Positions 1 through 8,572 of a stretch of 64,000 bases of DNA are shown here, piece by piece; within the stretch, counting starts at the first letter, position 1, and every line of letters starts with the position of its first letter. The stretch comes from Candidatus Woesearchaeota archaeon (GTDB lineage: Archaea; Nanobdellota; Nanobdellia; Woesearchaeales; 0-14-0-80-44-23), in assembly GCA_038874135.1 (NCBI GenBank), contig JAVZCZ010000001.1, forward strand, positions 576,001 to 640,000, given 5' to 3'. Below the pieces are notes generated by a model. It did no database searches. It worked only from the letters and a program-made list of their open reading frames with translations, and had not been told where the DNA came from. A program made the translations under genes and the position numbers.

Positions 1-2
1 AA

Positions 3-524
3 AATGGAAGGTTCTGCGTTGTGTGCTCGGTAATAAGCTTCTCCGAAAAAAACAAGAAGATTGATGGCTTTTCTTCATACCTAGCATCTACAAAGATTTA
101 TGGAAAAAATGAGACATACCTGGAATTTCTTTCAAACGGGGTGGGCAGCAATTATGACTTGCAGGCAAAATATCTAGATTACAACTTTCAGATTGACACT
201 TCAAACACTTACGCTGTAATTCTTCTTTACGATAAGATTTCAAGAATGAGTTATATGAAAAAAGCAGAAATTGGAGGAATAAGCGGCCTTGCAGCTGGCG
301 GAGTGGTTGCCGGAGTGATAATCTCTCTAACTGGTGTTGGACTTGTTGCTGGAATTATTATCACTGCAACATCGCTCGTTGCTGGCGCTGCAAGTGGTGC
401 AATAATTGGCACTCAGGCCGGTGCTTCTAAATCGGAGTGGACGGCTGCAGTCGCCCTCTTAGATGAGAAAGAACTGCAGAGCATAAACTGCGACTATCTT
501 GTTAAGGCAAACAGCTTGAGGTGA
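3..524 (+). CDS. 5'-truncated surface/membrane protein with a long glycine-zipper hydrophobic segment
   Basis: Frame is open from the window edge (NGRFCVVCSVISF...). It contains the GxxxG-rich stretch IGGISGLAAGGVVAGVIISLTGVGLVAGIIITATSLVAGAASGAIIG and is the first gene of a tightly packed pilin-like array. Confidence 0.65.
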   Translation, partial: NGRFCVVCSVISFSEKNKKIDGFSSYLASTKIYGKNETYLEFLSNGVGSNYDLQAKYLDYNFQIDTSNTYAVILLYDKISRMSYMKKAEIGGISGLAAGGVVAGVIISLTGVGLVAGIIITATSLVAGAASGAIIGTQAGASKSEWTAAVALLDEKELQSINCDYLVKANSLR

Positions 525-530
525 TCTTTA

Positions 531-683
531 ATGAAGAAGAAGGGCCTTATAGAATCGGAAGTCGGGCTTTGGATTCTCGCTGCAGTTGTATTGCTGATCC
601 TTATAATAATAATAGGAATGTCCAGAGAAAAAATAGTTGAATGGATATCAAAAATAAAAACCGGATTGAGGTTTGGAGTATGA
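531..683 (+). CDS. small class III signal peptide (pilin-like) protein, 50 aa; not in ORF track
   Basis: Hand translation MKKKG|LIESEVGLWILAAVVLLILIIIIGMSREKIVEWISKIKTGLRFGV. GAGGTGA RBS upstream; stop overlaps the next ATG (ATGA). Confidence 0.75.
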   Translation: MKKKGLIESEVGLWILAAVVLLILIIIIGMSREKIVEWISKIKTGLRFGV

Positions 684-823
684 AGCGCAGATCTGAAATA
701 GCCTGGGACACCATAATAAAGTTCATAATAATTGCCGCTGCAGTGTTTGTAGCTATAATAATTGCAAGAGCCCTATTATATGGCGGTTTAAAGAATGTGC
801 TGAACTTCACAGTTGGCGATTGA
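680..823 (+). CDS. small class III signal peptide (pilin-like) protein, 47 aa
   Basis: MKRRS|EIAWDTIIKFIIIAAAVFVAIII...: basic N-terminus plus hydrophobic helix, translationally coupled on both sides. Start moved from 641 to the ATG at 680. Confidence 0.7.
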   Translation: MKRRSEIAWDTIIKFIIIAAAVFVAIIIARALLYGGLKNVLNFTVGD

Positions 824-1647
824 ACATGGTAAGGAGAAGGGGAATTGCCATTGAAATGATAATATATGGCATAATAGCAGTTACTGTGCTTCTGGTTGTT
901 ATTGCTGTTGCTCCAAAGTTTTCAGCTCTTTTCAAAAAGATTGCTGGCTCAGAGATTGACAAGTACAAACCTAAAAAGCTGGATGTGCCCAACTCAGTAG
1001 AAACATGCCTTTACACTGATGGCATAGCAAACTTGGAAAGTGTCGGTGGAGAAAGTTTTGAGATAAGGCTGACAGCATTAAAGAAAGGGGAACAAAAGTT
1101 CAAGATTGAAGTTAACAGGCCAGGTCAAAGCGGCAGTATAATCTGTAAGCAGGGCGACTGGATTATGGTACCTAAGGAGTATTCCTGCTGTGAGGATAAG
1201 AGCACGAACCTGTGCATACAGCTTTTGGAAGTAAAGATGACGAATGATGGGGAATGCGTTCGGGCGCAGCTCTTTGGCAAGGGCGAATGGCTTCCGGCTT
1301 CTTATCCCTTGTGCATGCCTAATAGCCAAAAGTGTGCTGATTCTAACTCTCTCACTTTCTGGTGGGAAAACAATCAGAAGATTGAAATTAGCCTTGAAAA
1401 ACTGCACACCTGGTTTGGAAATATTTTTGTAAAGTGTGCTGAGTTTGAAATCTTAGCTGATGGCAAGACAATATGCAACAAGGGATCTGGACTTGTTGGT
1501 TTAGATGCGGGAGAGGAGGTTGTTTGTGATGTTGGCTCTCCAAGTTTTAAAGTACATTTAGACAAATGTGACACTGGAAACAATATGGTTCAAATTTCAG
1601 TTTATAAAGTTGATAGTAGTAGGGGTGGTGGAGGGAGTTCCAGGTGA
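820..1647 (+). CDS. class III signal peptide (pilin-like) protein with Cys-rich extracellular domains
   Basis: RRRG|IAIEMIIYGIIAVTVLLVVIAV followed by a beta-rich region with many Cys. Confidence 0.75.
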   Translation: MNMVRRRGIAIEMIIYGIIAVTVLLVVIAVAPKFSALFKKIAGSEIDKYKPKKLDVPNSVETCLYTDGIANLESVGGESFEIRLTALKKGEQKFKIEVNRPGQSGSIICKQGDWIMVPKEYSCCEDKSTNLCIQLLEVKMTNDGECVRAQLFGKGEWLPASYPLCMPNSQKCADSNSLTFWWENNQKIEISLEKLHTWFGNIFVKCAEFEILADGKTICNKGSGLVGLDAGEEVVCDVGSPSFKVHLDKCDTGNNMVQISVYKVDSSRGGGGSSR

Positions 1648-2255
1648 GGAGCGTTAATATGAAAAATTCAAAGGGTGCAATAACTATTGAGACGCTGCTC
1701 TGGGTTGTTCTGGCAGCGGCAGTTCTGGTTTTTGTGATAATTCCAGTTATGAGTAAGCTGCTCAACATGATTGGAAAAAAATCTCCCCTTAGTGTTTCAA
1801 ACTATTTTGGCTTAGCTAAGCAGACGCTCTCTGAGCTGAAGGAGAATCAGAAAACTCAGGCAGTAATCTATTTGAGAAAGGGTTACACCCTTGTTGGCTT
1901 TGATTACGGGAATTATCCTACATATTTCCACTGCGGCTGGACTAGAAATGGCGCTGTAGTTAAGCCTAAGCTGTGCGGAACAGATGCCTGCATATGCATC
2001 TGCGATAAGAATGGAAAATGCGATTTTCCGTATGAGTGCATAAAATTCAAAGATGTAAAAAACATATACTTTTCTCCCTCAAAGGGCTTTGAATACAACG
2101 GCGGTAAGGAGAAGCAGAACAACCTCTTTTACTTATACATACAGACTAGCTGCATACTGCATGCTCAGGGCTTTGAAAAGGCAATAGATTTTGAATTTGA
2201 AAAGAAAAAAGATGGCGGAGAAGTAAATCTTTATGTGAGAGATGTGACCAAATGA
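1644..2255 (+). CDS. class III signal peptide (pilin-like) protein
   Basis: KNSKG|AITIETLLWVVLAAAVLVFVII; CGTDACICICD Cys cluster. Confidence 0.75.
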   Translation: MRSVNMKNSKGAITIETLLWVVLAAAVLVFVIIPVMSKLLNMIGKKSPLSVSNYFGLAKQTLSELKENQKTQAVIYLRKGYTLVGFDYGNYPTYFHCGWTRNGAVVKPKLCGTDACICICDKNGKCDFPYECIKFKDVKNIYFSPSKGFEYNGGKEKQNNLFYLYIQTSCILHAQGFEKAIDFEFEKKKDGGEVNLYVRDVTK

Positions 2256-2686
2256 TTACGAAGAGTAAACTTTTCTTTGGAAGGAAGGGTGACGGGCAGA
2301 CGAGCACTATGCTAACCCTGTTTTATCTTATGATGTTTGCAACCCTTCTGCTTTTAGGAATTAAATATGTGTATTCTGCTGCTAGCGGCAGGGAGCTTGA
2401 AAGGACATATACTGCCAGGGATGTCGCGTTAGTGATGTCTACACTTCAAGCGGCACCTTCCGAGCTTGTATATTATAAGTATCCTGCAAACCTCTCCAAA
2501 AACGGTCTAACCGTGCTGATACATAAAGACAATGTGACTGTCCTTGAAGAATCTGGCTTGCAATCTGTTTTCTTCTTTCCAAACACTTTAGGCATTAGTG
2601 TTGAAGAGATGGAATTTAAAGAGGAAATCAAGTTGAAAAAGAATGAAAACAAGATCTTAGAGGATGAAAATGGGAAGAAGAGGTGA
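2252..2686 (+). CDS. class III signal peptide (pilin-like) protein
   Basis: GRKG|DGQTSTMLTLFYLMMFATLLLLGI, then an ARDVALVM helix. Confidence 0.7.
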   Translation: MITKSKLFFGRKGDGQTSTMLTLFYLMMFATLLLLGIKYVYSAASGRELERTYTARDVALVMSTLQAAPSELVYYKYPANLSKNGLTVLIHKDNVTVLEESGLQSVFFFPNTLGISVEEMEFKEEIKLKKNENKILEDENGKKR

Positions 2687-3179
2687 AAGTTTAACTTTTG
2701 ATTTCATAATAATGATACCTGTAGTTATGTTTATTACTCTTGTTTTTTTAACATATGTTTTCGCAACAAGTGCATTTGTTAAAAGCAGAACTCAATCCTC
2801 ATTGGCAGAAGCAGTGATCTACGCTAACAAGTTCATATTTCAGAAAGAATGCTTGGCATATTATTCCCCCGCCATAAACAGGGCTTATCCCGGAATAGTT
2901 GATATCACAAAGTTCAATCAGGATAGGATTGAGAAGTGCATGAACTTTCCAAGAGAAGAGATGGCTGCAGCCATATTGAACCTAACTTATAATGGTGTGG
3001 AACATATCGTCTACTACAATGAGGATAGAGCGCGTATCTGGAACTCCCTCTCAAGGTATGGGGGCGGCGGCTCATATCTGAGGTATGAGCTTAGAAGTCC
3101 TGTGCTGGTTTATGAAGGGTCTGGTGAAAAGTTTTTAAACGGTGAACTGACAACAATAATGCTGGTGCCTTTAAGATGA
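2664..3179 (+). CDS. class III signal peptide (pilin-like) protein
   Basis: GRRG|ESLTFDFIIMIPVVMFITLVFL; overlaps its neighbours. Confidence 0.7.
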   Translation: MKMGRRGESLTFDFIIMIPVVMFITLVFLTYVFATSAFVKSRTQSSLAEAVIYANKFIFQKECLAYYSPAINRAYPGIVDITKFNQDRIEKCMNFPREEMAAAILNLTYNGVEHIVYYNEDRARIWNSLSRYGGGGSYLRYELRSPVLVYEGSGEKFLNGELTTIMLVPLR

Positions 3180-3721
3180 TTAAAAAGAGCTGCAGAAGGG
3201 GAGCTGGTCCTTCAGACACAATAACTCTTGTTTTCTCCCTTATTTTGTATGTTGTGATGGTATTAGTGTTTTCTCTTCTACTTTTTGGAAAGGGCTGCGA
3301 AAATGAGGAAGAACTTAAGTCAACCTCTACCTGGATTGCAATAGAAAACTTTTTGAGGGGATATCTGCGGTCAAATGTTATCGTAGATGGAAGGGAGATA
3401 AGCGTTGCTGAATTGATAAGTTATTACTACCACTCCCCAAAAGATTACAAACAAATACTGGAAAAAATAAGTAGGGAAAAAATGAATGAAAGTTCAGTAT
3501 CGTGTCTCGTAATTAAGATAACCTTCTCTGATGATCCTGACGAGCAAAAGACTTTTAGAAGTTGGAAAATGGATCGTGCAGAATGCACAACTGAAGAGAC
3601 AACAGTAGATCCGAGTACCGGTCTTCTAATGCCCTCTTTTGCAGGCAGAAGGCAGCCCATTCCAATAATGAATTCAAGTGCAGTTGCTCTTGTTGAAGTG
3701 GGGGTGCTGAGAAGTGGCTAA
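3176..3721 (+). CDS. class III signal peptide (pilin-like) protein
   Basis: CRRG|AGPSDTITLVFSLILYVVMVLVFSLLLF; ATGA coupling. Confidence 0.7.
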   Translation: MIKKSCRRGAGPSDTITLVFSLILYVVMVLVFSLLLFGKGCENEEELKSTSTWIAIENFLRGYLRSNVIVDGREISVAELISYYYHSPKDYKQILEKISREKMNESSVSCLVIKITFSDDPDEQKTFRSWKMDRAECTTEETTVDPSTGLLMPSFAGRRQPIPIMNSSAVALVEVGVLRSG

Positions 3722-3875
3722 ATGTGAAATCTGCGGAAAGAGGGTTGAGGAAACATTTTTGGGAAAAGTTGCTGGAACTTATGTGAAAGATAACAAAGGT
3801 GTTATTCGCCTTATCTGTTTTGAGTGCCAGAAGAAGTTTAGAACTAAGGATAAGATTCTAAAAAATTTGAAGTAA
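3714..3875 (+). CDS. small zinc-finger protein, 53 aa; not in ORF track
   Basis: GTG start after a GGGGTG RBS. MAKCEICGKRVEETFLGKVAGTYVKDNKGVIRLICFECQKKF... has two CxxC pairs. Confidence 0.75.
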   Translation: MAKCEICGKRVEETFLGKVAGTYVKDNKGVIRLICFECQKKFRTKDKILKNLK

Positions 3876-3919
3876 ATGGATAAATTAAAAAACTAAGTTT
3901 AACTCCTTAAAAAACTGAT

Positions 3920-3992
3920 GCCCCAGTAGCATAGTAGCTAATGCGTCGCTCTCGTAAAGCGAAGATCGGGGGTGCAACTCCCTCCTGGGGCT
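3920..3992 (+). tRNA. tRNA-Thr(CGT)
   Basis: Cloverleaf: acceptor GCCCCAG/CTGGGGC, D-stem GCAT/ATGC, anticodon stem TCGCT/AGCGA with loop CT-CGT-AA, T-stem GGGGG/CCCTC. No encoded CCA. Confidence 0.93.
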
Positions 3993-4082
3993 TAAATATA
4001 TTCTTTTAAATAATAATTAAAAAAACATCTTTGTAAAATATACTTTTGACAATTATTTTTTTAGCCATTAAAAAGCCAAAAT

Positions 4083-4182
4083 TTCCAAATGAAATGAAGG
4101 GGTGTCCTAATATAAAAAAGCAGACTCTTAGATATCGTCAATAAAAATTATACATTCCACGCGCCAAATGAAATGATGGGGG
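4083..4182 (+). promoter_or_regulatory. pair of direct-repeat ORB-like (Orc1/Cdc6-binding) boxes
   Basis: TTCCAAATGAAATGAAGGGG (4083-4102) and GCCAAATGAAATGATGGGGG (4163-4182) match the archaeal ORB pattern TTCCAnnnGAAA-n4-G-string. Confidence 0.6.
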
Positions 4183-4234
4183 TAACAGCTCTCAAAAGGT
4201 TATTTTTCAAACAAAATATTAATGAATAAAAGAG

Positions 4235-4264
4235 TTTATAAACACTTTATAAATACTTTATAAA
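4235..4264 (+). promoter_or_regulatory. three tandem TATA boxes upstream of tbp
   Basis: TTTATAAA at 4235, 4246 and 4257 (11-bp period); GGAGGT RBS at 4283-4288. Confidence 0.65.
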
Positions 4265-4295
4265 TAAAGCAAAAATTTCAAAGGAGGTAACTCAA

Positions 4296-4844
4296 ATGGA
4301 AAAACGAGAGATTGAAGTTGTAAACATTGTGGTGAGCAGCTCACTTAAACACGAAATTCCACTAGAAAAGATGGCTGCAACACTCAGCAATACAGAATAT
4401 AACCCTGAGCAGTTCCCAGGTCTAGTAATAAGGATAAAAGAGCCGAAAACATCTGCACTAATCTTTAGCTCGGGAAACATAGTATGCACTGGCGCAAAAT
4501 CCATGGATAAAGTGGACGCTGCAATTGGAAAGATAATAAAGAGCTTAGAAAAAATAGGAATAAAAATAACAATAACACCTGAAGTTACAATCCAAAACAT
4601 AGTTGCTTCTGGAAACATCGGCATGAATCTGAACCTTAACGACTTAGCGATGAAGCTAAAGAATACGGAATACGAGCCTGAACAATTCCCAGGACTGGTA
4701 TATAAACTGCCTGAAGCAAAAGCCACATTCCTACTATTCAGCAATGGAAAGATTGTATGCACTGGAACCAAGTCCGAAGAAGAAGTTCATAAGGCACTGG
4801 ACAAGCTCGTGGAAAATTTAAAAGCAGTAACAAAAAAGAAATAG
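4296..4844 (+). CDS. tbp: TATA-box-binding protein
   Basis: Two TBP repeats (NIVVS...YNPEQFPGL...LIFSSGNIVCTG; NIVAS...YEPEQFPGL...LLFSNGKIVCTG). Confidence 0.98.
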   Translation: MEKREIEVVNIVVSSSLKHEIPLEKMAATLSNTEYNPEQFPGLVIRIKEPKTSALIFSSGNIVCTGAKSMDKVDAAIGKIIKSLEKIGIKITITPEVTIQNIVASGNIGMNLNLNDLAMKLKNTEYEPEQFPGLVYKLPEAKATFLLFSNGKIVCTGTKSEEEVHKALDKLVENLKAVTKKK

Positions 4845-4873
4845 AATGCCTGAATTAGCCAGGGGCTGAAATT

Positions 4874-6907
4874 ATGGAAGCTTCAGAACAGGTCAAGATT
4901 TGGTACGAGCTCTTAGACCGATTCTACCAGATACAGCTGTTCGAAGCAAGTGCTAAAGGGCTTCCATCCGTACAGATAGACTTTAATGAAGTAGTAAAAT
5001 TCAGCCCCGCTCTTGCAGAAGACCTTTTAGAAAGGCCGGAAGACACAATAAAAGCCTGCGAACTTGCAATGGCTCAGTTTGAGCAGTTTGACAGGGGAAA
5101 GAAGCCGCGGGTCAGATTCGTAAACCTGCCGCAGTCTCAAACTATACTAATAAGGAACATTAGAAGCGAACATCTGGGCAAGTTTCTAAGAATAGAGGGC
5201 GTAGTTAGAAAAAAGGGCGATGTCAGGCCTAAGATAACTTCTGCAACATTTGAATGCCCAAGCTGCGGTCAGACGATAAAGGTTATACAAACAGGACAGG
5301 TTTTTAAGGAACCGACAAGGTGCAGCTGCGGCAGGCAGGGTAACTTTCGCCTAGTTGGCAAGGAGCTCATAGATGCGCAGGGGCTTGTAATTGAAGAAAT
5401 CCCAGAACAGTTGGAAGGAGGAGAACAGCCGAAGCGTATAAATGTTTTACTCCAAGACGATTTGGTCAGCCCCGTAACCGAAAAGAAGACAAACCCGGGA
5501 AGCAAGATTGAGATAATAGGCTGGGTTAAGGAGATTCCCCACCTCACAAAGTCTGGAAAAAAGTCAATTGATTATGACTTGGTTGTTGAGGCAAATAATA
5601 TTTTTTCTAAAGAGAGCTCTTTCTTTGAGATGAGCATAAGCAAAGAAGATGAAGAGAAAATAATTGAATTCTCAAAAGACCCGAAGATATATGAAAAACT
5701 CATAAACTCAATTGCCCCTTCCATATTCGGATATGAAGAGATAAAAGAAGCGCTGCTCCTGCAACTCTTCGGCGGAATTCAAAAAGTTAGAAAGGACGGA
5801 GTTGTCTCTAGGGGAGACATACATATTCTCTTAGTAGGAGATCCCGGAGCTGGAAAATCTCAGCTTTTAAAAAGAATAGGTGTTGTTGCTCCGAGAGGCA
5901 GATATGTTTCTGGAAAGGGAGTTAGCGGTGCTGGACTTACAGCCGCAGTAGTTAAGGACGAATTCTTAGGAGGATACAGCCTTGAAGCAGGAGCGTTAGT
6001 GCTTGCTAACAAGGGAATATGTTGTATAGATGAGCTAGACAAAATGAGCAATGAGGACAGGAGTGCAATGCATGAGGCACTGGAGCAACAGACTGTTTCA
6101 ATATCCAAAGCAAATATACAGGCAACTTTGGTTGCTCAGACAACTGTGCTAGCGGCTGCTAATCCCAAGTTTGGAAGGTTTGACCCTTATGAGACTATGA
6201 TAGTTAAACAGATTGACCTTCCACCTGCACTAATAAACAGGTTTGATCTGATATTTCCAATAAAAGACATGCCGGATAAAAAGAGAGATGAAAAAATGGC
6301 AAAACACATTCTTCAACTTCACCAAAATCCTGACATGTTAGTTGAAGAGATCCCAACGGAGTTTATAAGAAAATACATAGCCTATGCTAAGCAAAAGATT
6401 TTTCCAAAATTGACAGACCAGGCAGTAGATGAAATAGAAAGTTACTATGTGGAGCTGAGAAGCACTGCGAGCAGCTCAGAAGAAGCGGCAAGGGCAATAC
6501 CCATATCGCCCAGACAGCTAGAAGCGATAGTTAGGCTTGCTGAGGCATCAGCCAGAGTTAGACTTTCTGACAAGGTCACAAGAAAAGATGCAAGAAGAGC
6601 CATAGACCTGCTGAACTTCAGCCTCGGACAGGTAGCCAGAGATCGAGAAACTGGAAGAATAGATATAGACGTGATAAGCACTGGAATAAGCACGAGTGAG
6701 CGCGACAAAATCATGAAGGTAAGAGAAATAATAAATGAGCTGGATTTGAAGTTTGCCTCAGCTGGAAAAAACATACCTACTGAAGAAATAATAGCCGCTG
6801 CTGAAGAGCAGGGTATAAAAAAACCTGAAGTTGAAGAGATAATCCAAAAGCTGAGGCGCTCTGGAGACATATTTGAGCCCAGACACGGATTTATACAGAA
6901 GATGTAA
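4874..6907 (+). CDS. mcm: replicative helicase MCM
   Basis: Zn finger CPSC...CSC, Walker A GDPGAGKS, Walker B CCIDELDKM, AAANP, NRFD arginine finger, C-terminal WH. No intein. Confidence 0.98.
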   Translation: MEASEQVKIWYELLDRFYQIQLFEASAKGLPSVQIDFNEVVKFSPALAEDLLERPEDTIKACELAMAQFEQFDRGKKPRVRFVNLPQSQTILIRNIRSEHLGKFLRIEGVVRKKGDVRPKITSATFECPSCGQTIKVIQTGQVFKEPTRCSCGRQGNFRLVGKELIDAQGLVIEEIPEQLEGGEQPKRINVLLQDDLVSPVTEKKTNPGSKIEIIGWVKEIPHLTKSGKKSIDYDLVVEANNIFSKESSFFEMSISKEDEEKIIEFSKDPKIYEKLINSIAPSIFGYEEIKEALLLQLFGGIQKVRKDGVVSRGDIHILLVGDPGAGKSQLLKRIGVVAPRGRYVSGKGVSGAGLTAAVVKDEFLGGYSLEAGALVLANKGICCIDELDKMSNEDRSAMHEALEQQTVSISKANIQATLVAQTTVLAAANPKFGRFDPYETMIVKQIDLPPALINRFDLIFPIKDMPDKKRDEKMAKHILQLHQNPDMLVEEIPTEFIRKYIAYAKQKIFPKLTDQAVDEIESYYVELRSTASSSEEAARAIPISPRQLEAIVRLAEASARVRLSDKVTRKDARRAIDLLNFSLGQVARDRETGRIDIDVISTGISTSERDKIMKVREIINELDLKFASAGKNIPTEEIIAAAEEQGIKKPEVEEIIQKLRRSGDIFEPRHGFIQKM

Positions 6908-6909
6908 AG

Positions 6910-7566
6910 ATGGAACCTGAAAAGAAGCTGGAAAGGCCTATTGCCTTCAAGATTTCAATTAGTGAATTTTTAAATGGAGAGTATGTAAAAAGTGACGGCT
7001 GGGACCCGAATTATCTTGTAACCGAGTTCTATCCTAGAGTTTCAAAAGTAAATATTATAGGCGTTGTGATTTCAAACGAGCTTGAACAGTTTGGGGAGAT
7101 AGCATATAGGAATATACTTTTGGATGATGGAACGGGCTCTGTGCATCTTAGAAATTTTGAAAATCCAGAAGCATTCTCAAACATAAACATTTCGGACACG
7201 GTTTTAGTGCTTGGAAAGCCGCGAGAGTACAATAATGAGAGGTATGTTCTAGCTGAAATTGTGAGGAAGGTTGATCCAAAATGGCTGGAGGTACGAAAGG
7301 TTGAACTATCCCTTAGAAAAAAAGCTGTGGAAGGGGAAAAAGAGGTTGTAGAAGAGTCCATTTCTGAAAGCGAGAGCGGAAAAAGTGAGATGAGTGGGCT
7401 AGAAAAGGTTTATCGCCTAGTGCAAGAACTTGATTCTGGGGATGGAGCGCCTTATGATGAAGTGATTAAAAGGGCAGGAATTTCCGATGCTGAGGAAGTT
7501 ATAAGAAAGCTTCTGGAAAGGGGAGACATCTTTGAAATACGAACTGGAAGGTTGAAAGTGTTATAA
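6910..7566 (+). CDS. OB-fold plus C-terminal winged-helix protein (RPA32-like ssDNA-binding subunit)
   Basis: VNIIGVV...LDDGTG OB motif; C-terminal LLERGDIFE WH; directly follows mcm. Confidence 0.8.
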   Translation: MEPEKKLERPIAFKISISEFLNGEYVKSDGWDPNYLVTEFYPRVSKVNIIGVVISNELEQFGEIAYRNILLDDGTGSVHLRNFENPEAFSNINISDTVLVLGKPREYNNERYVLAEIVRKVDPKWLEVRKVELSLRKKAVEGEKEVVEESISESESGKSEMSGLEKVYRLVQELDSGDGAPYDEVIKRAGISDAEEVIRKLLERGDIFEIRTGRLKVL

Positions 7567-7598
7567 TACCTGTGTTATTATTATCAATTTTATTATTA

Positions 7599-8435
7599 TC
7601 AATTCTTGTTTTTAATGCTTGCCTTCTCTGTTGCTTTTAATGTGTTTTCAAAATCTTTTGTTTTAGCATCAAACATTTTTTCAACAGCGCTGGCAAACAA
7701 TCCTGTATCAACCCATATTCCTGCATCATATGCTGGATGTATCTCCTTATCATCCATCATCATGAAAAAGATACTTCTCCCGTCCACAACTACAAACCTT
7801 GCCCTGTCACTTGTGTGCCTTATCTCCGCAACTTCAGCCAGCTCTTTCAAAATATTTTCAGTCTCTTTTGTTACTGGCGCTGCAATAGTTATTTTTACAC
7901 CCTTTTGAGATATCTTTCTAAAAAGTTCTAAAAACTTAGAGGCATCCCTCTGCAGTTCAGTGTCTGTCGTGTGAATTAGAATTCTCTTCTCAGCATTCTT
8001 TATTAAAGCTTCCAGCTGGTCCTCTATGCTTCTTCTTCCCTTTATGGCGCCGCATCGGTCTGTTGCATCAACTAGCTCTGAACCACCCTTATATATTGAA
8101 TTGAGCTCTTTTAATAGCTCGCTGGATTTTGCTTCTTCAAGCAGAGCTGTTTTTTCTTCCATCTCCAGCAGCACCTTCTTTTTAACTCTGTCCACAACCT
8201 CTTCAGGAGGCACTGCCAAATACTTTATCGGCTTTCCGAGCTTTACTATTATAAATCCCTTTTTTTCAAGAGATTCAAGAACATCATAAGTTCTGGAACG
8301 GGGCACATTTGCAATGTCTGAAAGTTCACCTGCAGTTGAGACCCCTCTTGAAAGAAGTGCCACCCAGAGTTTGGCTTCATAGCTGTTAAGCCCAAATGCT
8401 TTAAGCTTCATCAAAAAGTTTTTCTGAACTATCAT
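7599..8435 (-). CDS. TrmB-family transcriptional regulator
   Basis: FGLNSYEAK...TAGELSDIANVPRSRTYDVLESLEKKG wHTH plus a C-terminal effector domain. Confidence 0.92.
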   Translation of the reverse strand: MIVQKNFLMKLKAFGLNSYEAKLWVALLSRGVSTAGELSDIANVPRSRTYDVLESLEKKGFIIVKLGKPIKYLAVPPEEVVDRVKKKVLLEMEEKTALLEEAKSSELLKELNSIYKGGSELVDATDRCGAIKGRRSIEDQLEALIKNAEKRILIHTTDTELQRDASKFLELFRKISQKGVKITIAAPVTKETENILKELAEVAEIRHTSDRARFVVVDGRSIFFMMMDDKEIHPAYDAGIWVDTGLFASAVEKMFDAKTKDFENTLKATEKASIKNKN

Positions 8436-8572
8436 CTTACTCCCCTTGATTTACTATTGTTTAGTAAAAACTAATTGATATTTAAATCTTTCTATTTTTT
8501 TGCTATTATTCAGTGATAAAAAAATAGATTTTTAGTAAAATTTATATTTTTAATTAAAAGAAAAGTAAAAAC

